IMG/VR virus record: IMGVR_UViG_3300009155_000038 | DNA length: 64,000 nt | Direction: 5' to 3' (one strand) | From: a virus | Shown here: positions 53,309 to 60,483 of the stretch, piece by piece | Position numbering within the stretch: position 1 is the first letter of the stretch | How the letters are laid out: each line of letters starts with the position of its first letter | The notes under the pieces: model-generated | The model's input: the letters and a program-made list of their open reading frames with translations, nothing else | Told to the model about the DNA's origin: nothing | The model's database searches: none | Position numbers and translations under genes: made by a program

Positions 53309-55220
53309 GATCAAACCTAATAAAGCTGATAAGGCGACGAATATACCCACAGCGGGTATACGGTCGCTTATGGATGACCTACTGTCTATCGACGTTACTG
53401 ATCAAGCGTCGGTGCATGCCAGAGCTGCGGTACTCAAAGAGCTAGCGGGGCGGCACGCGTTCCCGTCCCTTGAGCCTTTGTTACCGCTCGTTCTGAACCT
53501 CAACGGTAAGCCTTACACCATAAAAGATCACTTCGCTTTTTCCCCCCTTTTTAGGGTATTAACACCCAAGAATCAGGTGTGGTGTACGGGCCGTCAGGTA
53601 TCGAAGTCAACATCGCTTGCGGCGCATGGTGTTGTATTTTCTAACGCGGTGCCATTCTTTAAAACACTGTATATCACTCCTCGGTTTGAGCAGGTTCGAA
53701 GGTTTAGTAACAACTACGTTCGTCCGTTCGTTGACCTGTCTCCAATCAAATCGCAGTGGAGCGGTACGAGTACGGAGAATTCTGTATTGCAGCGTTCGTT
53801 CAAGAACAACTCGATGATGTTGTTCAGCTTTGCGCTGCTCGATGCTGATAGAGTCCGCGGTGTGTCTGCTGACCGCGTGTGCATCGACGAAGTTCAGGAC
53901 ATGGACCCAGACCATGTACCTATCATTCAAGAAACAATGTCGTATAGTCGTTGGGGGACCAGCTATTACACGGGGACGCCAAAAACTTTAGACAACTTAA
54001 TTTACGGATTATACAAACGCTCCTCGCAGGCTGAGTGGTTTATACCGTGTGAGTCTTGCAAGCACTGGAACATTCCAGCGCTGGAGCATGATCTTGACGC
54101 CATGATCGGTGACTACAACATTCACATCAGCGAGAAACAACCGGGCACGGTCTGTGCGAAATGCCGCAAACCAGTTAACCCTAGGCACGGGCGCTGGGTA
54201 CACAGATTCCCCGAGCGCCGTTGGCAATTTGCTGGTTATCACGTTCCGCAGATTATTCTGCCGCTGCATTTTGCCGACCCGGAAAAGTGGTCGACTTTGT
54301 TATTAAAACGGGAGGGCTATGGAAACATGACCCAAGCCCAGTTCTATAACGAAGTCATGGGCGAAAGCGTCGACACCGGGCAAAAGCTCATCAGCGAAAC
54401 AGATTTGAAGGCTGCGTGTTTACTTGACTGGGAAAACAAGAAAGAACCTGAGCCGGCGTGTTTCAAAAACTTAAGCGACTACAAACATCGCATACTGGCG
54501 ATTGACTGGGGCGGCGGCGGTGAAGCAGGTATCAGCTTTACCGTATTGTCTGTCATGGGCTTTCGACCAGACGGCACAATTGATGTTATCTGGGCCAAAC
54601 GTTTGCTCATTGGCGGCGACCATCTTGCGGAAGCCGTCGAGTGCATGAAGTGGTCCAACTTGTTCAAGTGCGACTTCGTAGCCCATGACTATACCGGCGC
54701 CGGCACCGTGCGTGAGACAGTTATGGTTCAAGCCGGGTTTAACCTTGACCGTGTAATGGCCATGCGGTTAGTTCGCTCGGCCGCGCAGGACTTGTTGGTG
54801 TACAAGCCGCCGACCGAGATTAACCACAGAGCGCACTACAGTCTTGATAAGACCAGATCGCTTTTGTATACGTGCCAAGCTATCAAGCTGAAGCAGGTCC
54901 GGTTTTTCCAGTACGATCGTATCTCGCAGGAAATGCCGGGCCTGATCTCTGACTTCTTGGCGCTGGTCGAAAACAAGGCCGACTCACGCACGAGTAGTGA
55001 TATCTATACCATTACCCGGAATGTGCTTCTGACCGACGACTTTGCGCAGGCCGTGAATCTGGGCTGCGCTGCCCTCTGGCATATCAACGACGCGTGGCCC
55101 AACTTCGCCGCTATTGCTGGCGTTGCCCGAATAACCGAACGGCAAGCTGCGGCAGAACGCATTGATGACGACGATTGGGCTGACGACGCCATCGGCAACA
55201 ATTTCTTTGGCGGTTACTAG
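53307..55220 (+). CDS. terL: Terminase large subunit (lambda GpA-like)
   Basis: GRQVSKST, RVRG.SAD...IDEVQD, TGTPK, Zn motifs CESC and CAKC, GYHVPQ, FYNEV.G, nuclease AIDWGG and DDFAQA. Confidence 0.9.
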   Translation: MIKPNKADKATNIPTAGIRSLMDDLLSIDVTDQASVHARAAVLKELAGRHAFPSLEPLLPLVLNLNGKPYTIKDHFAFSPLFRVLTPKNQVWCTGRQVSKSTSLAAHGVVFSNAVPFFKTLYITPRFEQVRRFSNNYVRPFVDLSPIKSQWSGTSTENSVLQRSFKNNSMMLFSFALLDADRVRGVSADRVCIDEVQDMDPDHVPIIQETMSYSRWGTSYYTGTPKTLDNLIYGLYKRSSQAEWFIPCESCKHWNIPALEHDLDAMIGDYNIHISEKQPGTVCAKCRKPVNPRHGRWVHRFPERRWQFAGYHVPQIILPLHFADPEKWSTLLLKREGYGNMTQAQFYNEVMGESVDTGQKLISETDLKAACLLDWENKKEPEPACFKNLSDYKHRILAIDWGGGGEAGISFTVLSVMGFRPDGTIDVIWAKRLLIGGDHLAEAVECMKWSNLFKCDFVAHDYTGAGTVRETVMVQAGFNLDRVMAMRLVRSAAQDLLVYKPPTEINHRAHYSLDKTRSLLYTCQAIKLKQVRFFQYDRISQEMPGLISDFLALVENKADSRTSSDIYTITRNVLLTDDFAQAVNLGCAALWHINDAWPNFAAIAGVARITERQAAAERIDDDDWADDAIGNNFFGGY

Positions 55221-55549
55221 TAGATCCGCCAACAGACTTCGCGCAGATACTCTTTGACCAGCTCCAGATCTCTGACGGGCGTGGCTTCGATATTCTGCAC
55301 GACGATTAGCGCGGCGTCATGAAGCGCCTGTGCCGCTTCTGTGCAGTCCATGCTCTGCGTGTACAGCTGCCAAGTGGTACCAGTCTTCGGAACATAAGGC
55401 CCTTTACCGTGAACCGCGGCGTCGATTAACTCCTGAAATACGGAGTCTGGTTCAGTGTCGTTTGCGCCGAACTCCCGGTACTTGCTCTGCGTCTTTTCAA
55501 ACTCTTTGATCAACGCTTTGATTGCTTCCAGTGGGACGTTCATTGTCAT
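55217..55549 (-). CDS. Hypothetical protein
   Basis: YREFGANDTEPD motif; convergent with terL. Confidence 0.8.
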   Translation of the reverse strand: MTMNVPLEAIKALIKEFEKTQSKYREFGANDTEPDSVFQELIDAAVHGKGPYVPKTGTTWQLYTQSMDCTEAAQALHDAALIVVQNIEATPVRDLELVKEYLREVCWRIY

Positions 55550-55566
55550 TGGCGTTTACTACCTTG

Positions 55567-56007
55567 CTAGTTATTAGACGGCTCAGTGCGCTTGTTTTTG
55601 TGCGCCAGCGCCTCTTCGCGACCCTTCTCGGTTACAGAGAAAGTGAAATCATTCGCTTCTCCATCAAACGCGCATTCTAAATACCCCAGCTTTACGCCAA
55701 GCTGCACTACGTTGGATTCAATACGGGTCATCAGCGCCTTGAACATCTTGCGCATCTGATTATTGAACTCTTCTTCTGTCTCGCCACCGATGGCGTAAAA
55801 CCCGTTACCATTCAGCGCGCTGTGTTCTTTGACGATGGCTTCCGTCTCGTCAAGTGACAGAAAAACGTGCTGCTCTTCTGAGATCTCTTTGGGTATACAG
55901 TAGTTCATCTCAGCCACAGTCTTTGCGAATAGCGTCAGCGCATAGTCACGTAACATAGTGATAGTGCCGCCCATGATCTTGCTGTCTTCATTTTCTTCGT
56001 TAGACAT
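55567..56007 (-). CDS. Hypothetical protein
   Basis: AGGAG SD before MSNEENED. Confidence 0.75.
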   Translation of the reverse strand: MSNEENEDSKIMGGTITMLRDYALTLFAKTVAEMNYCIPKEISEEQHVFLSLDETEAIVKEHSALNGNGFYAIGGETEEEFNNQMRKMFKALMTRIESNVVQLGVKLGYLECAFDGEANDFTFSVTEKGREEALAHKNKRTEPSNN

Positions 56008-56314
56008 TGAGGTTCTCCTGAAGTCGTGCAGCGGCAACGACGGCGTCATACCGCCCCTTGGCAATGATACGTTCGCGAGCAGCCTCGCGCAGCTTTTTCA
56101 GATGGTCTGCGTAGACATCGTCGGTATTCACCATCGCTTCGGCGCTGGAGAAGCTGTGGGGCTTCCCGGTCAGCTTGTTGTCGCCGCTACCCATGATGTG
56201 CTCGACGGCGTTCAGCTTGACGACGTGCCGGTTGTCTTCCAGCTCCATCTCGCGGGTTACAGCGTCAGCCAGAGCGACTGCAGCCTGTTCGATCTTGTTT
56301 GCGTAATTACTCAT
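56000..56314 (-). CDS. Hypothetical helical protein
   Basis: Start MSNYANK; coupled to neighbours. Confidence 0.75.
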   Translation of the reverse strand: MSNYANKIEQAAVALADAVTREMELEDNRHVVKLNAVEHIMGSGDNKLTGKPHSFSSAEAMVNTDDVYADHLKKLREAARERIIAKGRYDAVVAAARLQENLNV

Positions 56315-56600
56315 CGGTTTTCTCCTCAAGGTCGTATTTGCGGGCTATTTCTGTAACAACTTGTTCTATATCGGAAACCGCCGTGTCAAAGCGGCGGATT
56401 ACTTCGTCAGGATCGTCGGACTCGTCCTCTGCTTCAAATAACAAAAAGGCGAACAGCGTATCGCCGCAAGCGAGAACGCCTTTGTTGCCGCCCATTCGTT
56501 TTTTATAGGCGGCAAAGGTTTCGTTTTCTTCGGGCGGTTCCAACGCGAGCAGGTCTGACCCGGGATACGCGTCATAGATATCTTTAGGTGTGACGTTCAT
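56307..56600 (-). CDS. Hypothetical protein
   Basis: GDTLFAFL..E motif; coupled. Confidence 0.75.
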   Translation of the reverse strand: MNVTPKDIYDAYPGSDLLALEPPEENETFAAYKKRMGGNKGVLACGDTLFAFLLFEAEDESDDPDEVIRRFDTAVSDIEQVVTEIARKYDLEEKTDE

Positions 56601-57328
56601 TCAGCGCATACTCCGCCTACGAGCCATTGTTCGCCGTGGTCAACTGTCTTTGTGGCGTAGAGCTTTTCCGCAAACTTTGCGTCCACGGCTTTCAGCCACT
56701 TTACCTCCGCGTCAGCAGCTTTCCGCAACTTGTGCCGCTGATTGCCAACAACCTTTAACGGCTTTAGCATCTCGGTTGTGATCAGCTCTTTCGTGGTGCC
56801 AATCACATTCAGCGCATCACGAAATGTGTTTTCTGCCGCACGCGCTGCATCGTGTTTTGTGCGCCACGTTTCGTAAGCTCTGGCAAACTGTGTTTTTTGC
56901 GCCGCAGTAAGCTGGTCAGCAATAATCATCCGGCGTTTGTAGTCTGGAGCTACTAATACGCTAATTGCGCAACGCAGGCCGTAAGAACAGTCCGACGCGT
57001 CGGTAATAATGACAGAGCAGTTATGTTCTCTGCTCGGCTTGCCTTCAAACGTCGGCTCTTTCGTCTTCTCTTCGCGGCGGTCTTTGTACTTGACAGCAAC
57101 AGCGTTGCCCCACTTTTCACAGACTCCGTCAAGATAGTCGTCTGCTTCGCGCTGCGTCTCAAACACGCGGTTACCGACCGTGATTCCGCGCAGCGTTGAG
57201 AAGGTGCCGTTGTAGGCGTTGCTGCCGTATTCATCGCGCAGGCTTTCTACGCGGCTGTTATATGCTTTCTCTAATTCTTTCGGTGTCAGCTTTCCGTCAA
57301 AGACTTCGGTGTGAAAACACGCGCCCAT
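56597..57328 (-). CDS. Conserved phage hypothetical protein
   Basis: MGAC...EYG..AYNGT.ST...KWG.AVAV...WLVGG.C. Confidence 0.8.
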   Translation of the reverse strand: MGACFHTEVFDGKLTPKELEKAYNSRVESLRDEYGSNAYNGTFSTLRGITVGNRVFETQREADDYLDGVCEKWGNAVAVKYKDRREEKTKEPTFEGKPSREHNCSVIITDASDCSYGLRCAISVLVAPDYKRRMIIADQLTAAQKTQFARAYETWRTKHDAARAAENTFRDALNVIGTTKELITTEMLKPLKVVGNQRHKLRKAADAEVKWLKAVDAKFAEKLYATKTVDHGEQWLVGGVCAE

Positions 57329-57330
57329 TG

Positions 57331-57576
57331 TTACTCCGGGTTACTGAGATCCTGATTGGCCTGCCGCTCTTGGCGCGTCGGCTTGCGCTTGGGGAACTTG
57401 TCCGAGTGGCACACGTAACAGTGGCTCTGGCGGCAACCTGAGCAGCGCATCGTTTTACGGAAGCGGCCCACGGCTGGGACGTACTTGTTGTCGTCTGGCC
57501 CTAAACACCCTGCCAGTCGCTTATACATCTGCACGCGACTTTCAATGATATGCTTTTCTTCGTGGTAGCGTTTCAT
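57331..57576 (-). CDS. Small basic Zn-binding protein
   Basis: CSGC...HCYVCH..K. Confidence 0.7.
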   Translation of the reverse strand: MKRYHEEKHIIESRVQMYKRLAGCLGPDDNKYVPAVGRFRKTMRCSGCRQSHCYVCHSDKFPKRKPTRQERQANQDLSNPE

Positions 57577-59171
57577 TCTGTCTCCATGTCAAGGTGAAAC
57601 GTGCCGCCGTGCTGGGCGACAATATTCTGGACTTCAGCGTCTGTCAGCTCGAAAAATTCGCTTTGCCGGCCGTCATCGCGGCGCCGTCGTTTTGCTGCGT
57701 GTTCTCTATGCAAGCGAGTTTCCAGCGCTACGCAGTCTCCTGTCACAATATGACCGACAAGTATCAGCCCATGAATCCCGCACTCTAATTGTCGCTTACG
57801 TTCAGCAACTGTGCGGCTTGTACGCCCTATTTTAACAAACCCGGTATATGGCTCACGCAAGAAGTAAACGTATTCTTCTCGTGTGTTTTCTGCTGTCTCG
57901 TCTGGTTTTTCTGGACCTAAGAAACCAGTAGGAACACTTTCCAGTTTCTTAAGCAGAACCTTGGCGCCAGCGCGAAAAATTAACACCGGTTCTTTGCGGC
58001 CCGGGCCTGTCCAGTACAGCGCCATGTGCGGGTTGCGAATGTGTGGCGATATCTCTGTTTTTTTCTGCAGCTCTTTGCCAACAGAAAAGCCGCGACCTTG
58101 GATTTGTGCCGCTTTGTCTTCAAGCCATTTTTTTGCGGCGGCGTCTGTTTCTTTGTCGTAGCGTTCTTGATGTTTAGCCAACACGATTGGCGCGATTAGG
58201 TTATCGCCGCGATGGAGCATAGACGTGAGCATAGCCAACTTAAAAACAAATTCATGCACTTCTTGCGACTGAAACCCCATATAGGTTGGGTGCGATTTTC
58301 TATTCCCCGGATATATTTCTATGTCGCGCTGCGCCAAAATTGTTTCTTCAAGTGAGCGTAAAATACATTGCGCTCCCTCGGCTGAGTCATTAGTGTTTCC
58401 GGGAATCCGTTCAAAATTGCGTGAAAACCCAAATTGTTCGTCTGGCGACAATGGGTCTGGTGCCTGCAACGCTTGATATTGCATAGCGCGCTCAGTGTAA
58501 CCTGTTTGATCGCCAAAATTTAACGGAAATCTAGGTTCGTATGGGCGGAATGCGTTGTGAGCAACGCGGGAAAATAGCGCCGCAAGCGTAAACACGTCGT
58601 GCTTAGACTCGTCAGAGAGTGTATGCACATACTGCACAGTTGCTGTTGCGGCAACACCGCGCATGATGTCTTCGCCCGCAGAGTTGAAATACTCAGTATT
58701 TTTTGGCACATTGTGCGGGTGGCCTACTGTAAGCAGAATTGTTTTGATGCCGTACGGTTCATGACCTGCCGGAAAACGAAATAACATTGTTCGGTATGGC
58801 AAGTTTAAAAAGGCGGCAGAGACTTGCAGTTTTGTATTCCGCACTAACTTTTCAACAATTGGATACACGTTGTAAAACGGCCGATCTGATTCAAGCCATT
58901 CGTATTCTGATAGCGCTGAGATATGTTCGCGTTCGCTATCGCCTTGGCACTTGGCTTCGTACTTACCGCCTTTAATATCAAGCGGCGGTTGTTTTATGAC
59001 ATGCTCAAGTACTTCTTTGCTGCTACGTTTGCGCGCGTTTTGTATTGATGTTGTATACATTACGCTGCCGGTAAGAACGGACAAAGACTCAGGCCGCCCA
59101 GCTGCTTTTAATTTTTGTTGACAATCCGCAATTATTCGACTTTTTGCACTTTCAAAATCATGGAACCGCAT
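57573..59171 (-). CDS. Hypothetical protein with C-terminal T5orf172/GIY-YIG-like domain
   Basis: YVYFL......FVKIGRT......R..QL, LE..LH and EFFEL, preceded by PHIRNPH....WTGPGR. Confidence 0.8.
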   Translation of the reverse strand: MRFHDFESAKSRIIADCQQKLKAAGRPESLSVLTGSVMYTTSIQNARKRSSKEVLEHVIKQPPLDIKGGKYEAKCQGDSEREHISALSEYEWLESDRPFYNVYPIVEKLVRNTKLQVSAAFLNLPYRTMLFRFPAGHEPYGIKTILLTVGHPHNVPKNTEYFNSAGEDIMRGVAATATVQYVHTLSDESKHDVFTLAALFSRVAHNAFRPYEPRFPLNFGDQTGYTERAMQYQALQAPDPLSPDEQFGFSRNFERIPGNTNDSAEGAQCILRSLEETILAQRDIEIYPGNRKSHPTYMGFQSQEVHEFVFKLAMLTSMLHRGDNLIAPIVLAKHQERYDKETDAAAKKWLEDKAAQIQGRGFSVGKELQKKTEISPHIRNPHMALYWTGPGRKEPVLIFRAGAKVLLKKLESVPTGFLGPEKPDETAENTREEYVYFLREPYTGFVKIGRTSRTVAERKRQLECGIHGLILVGHIVTGDCVALETRLHREHAAKRRRRDDGRQSEFFELTDAEVQNIVAQHGGTFHLDMETE

Positions 59172-59186
59172 TTAGCATCCTTTCAG

Positions 59187-59627
59187 CTATGGCTCGCATA
59201 GCAATACGATTTTGCAGCCTCCCCTCTCCGCGATCTTGAGTACGGATTTGTGGTAGACAGCTACAGGTTTATCTCTAGCAACGTGGCCGGCGCTCATCAA
59301 GGCTTGCAGGCCGAGCTGGGCAAAACCTCGGTTTCGCAGCTCAGGATCGACAAAGCACTCGATGGTTTGGGCTGTGACCGGCTCGCCGTTGAGCTTTTCA
59401 GGCCACGGGCGTGTGCCGACCCAACCCGCCAGCACGGCGTTGCACCAGATGATGGCGATGGCCATCTCGGGGTGCGGGCCGGGCTCTGGATTGATGTAGC
59501 GCTTTTCCAGCTCTTTGCGAATCGAGCTGTCGCTTTTTGAATCCGGCCACGACAGCCGCGTGTAGATAGCTGTTACGTCAATCGTACGCAGCTCATTGAT
59601 ATCTTTAATTTTGATCCAGAAGTCCAT
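59187..59627 (-). CDS. GNAT acetyltransferase
   Basis: FVDPELRNRGFA acetyl-CoA motif A; GGAGG SD before MDFWIK. Confidence 0.75.
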   Translation of the reverse strand: MDFWIKIKDINELRTIDVTAIYTRLSWPDSKSDSSIRKELEKRYINPEPGPHPEMAIAIIWCNAVLAGWVGTRPWPEKLNGEPVTAQTIECFVDPELRNRGFAQLGLQALMSAGHVARDKPVAVYHKSVLKIAERGGCKIVLLCEP

Positions 59628-59663
59628 GTTAAATCCTCCAAGACTTAACACAGATTTTAACAA

Positions 59664-59736
59664 AGCCAGTGGCCGGGAACGATCCGGCGACATTCAGTTT
59701 ACAAAACTGACGCTCTACCAACTGAGCTACACTGGC
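59664..59736 (-). tRNA. trnT: tRNA-Thr(UGU) with non-canonical T-loop, CCA not encoded
   Basis: GCCAGTG/CACTGGC acceptor, D-arm GCTC-AGTTGGTA-GAGC, anticodon arm TCAGT-TTTGTAA-ACTGA, T-arm GCCGG-ATCGTTC-CCGGC. Confidence 0.92.
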
Positions 59737-59743
59737 AATCTAT

Positions 59744-60205
59744 TTATGTAAGAGCTGCAGCCTCCGGCCAATAGTATGGCAGATCTACAGGCTCTTGCCA
59801 CCCAAATTTTGAGTAGTACGCGTAGTCTTTGCGCAGCAGGTTGCTCCTGTGAGAAGCGTGGAACCTACGGCTGCCTATCCACGGCGGGTAATGATTGTGT
59901 ACCACGAGCGGGCGCATCCGGGAATAGACTGCCATGAACTCCGGGTGCAGGTTGTCGTTGAAGCCGCGGGAGATCCACTCACGGCAAACGACGGCGGAAT
60001 AAACCACTAGTGCTAGCTCATGCCCGGCCCACATCTTTACGGCCGGATGGTTGCGCCAGCGAGATACATAGGGTTCGTGCTGTCCGATACCCACGCCAAG
60101 CGCCAAGAGAATTTGTTTGCATTCGACTCGTTGCTTGCCGAGCCTTTTGTTATCTAAACACCGCGCTGAGACTCGAAAGCTTCTGCTCGGTAAGAAAGTT
60201 TGCAT
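59744..60205 (-). CDS. Pyrimidine-dimer DNA glycosylase-like (MSMEG_6728 family)
   Basis: MQTFLP...A..LD.KRLGKQRVE..QIL, W.NHPAVKMW, FH.SHRSNLLRKD and LPY.WP. Confidence 0.88.
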   Translation of the reverse strand: MQTFLPSRSFRVSARCLDNKRLGKQRVECKQILLALGVGIGQHEPYVSRWRNHPAVKMWAGHELALVVYSAVVCREWISRGFNDNLHPEFMAVYSRMRPLVVHNHYPPWIGSRRFHASHRSNLLRKDYAYYSKFGWQEPVDLPYYWPEAAALT

Positions 60206-60213
60206 AGCTCCTT

Positions 60214-60480
60214 CTATTCGTCGTCTGGGTAGTCCTCCGAGTCGAAATCCTCTTCGTACTCTGGTTCGTCATCTTCGTATGTCTCGTCCTCGTCTTCGTC
60301 TTTCCACTCTTCTTCGTCGTCTGTCTCGTCTTCATCCTCGTCTTCCGGGATAAAGAAGTTTGGCTTTTGCTGCGGTTCATCGTCATCGTCTTCATCGTCG
60401 TCACCGCTGACGAACTGCCACTCTTCCTCAATGAAGTCGTCGTCGAGTCCGTCGTCGTGCCGAGAATCCATATAGTTCAT
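60214..60480 (-). CDS. Very acidic low-complexity protein
   Basis: 50 of 88 residues are D/E (counted by hand). Confidence 0.75.
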   Translation of the reverse strand: MNYMDSRHDDGLDDDFIEEEWQFVSGDDDEDDDDEPQQKPNFFIPEDEDEDETDDEEEWKDEDEDETYEDDEPEYEEDFDSEDYPDDE

Positions 60481-60483
60481 GAT

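Noticed and set aside
59628-59693. N-terminal extension of the GNAT ORF
   Set aside because: It overlaps tRNA-Thr; a GGAGG SD supports ATG 59627.
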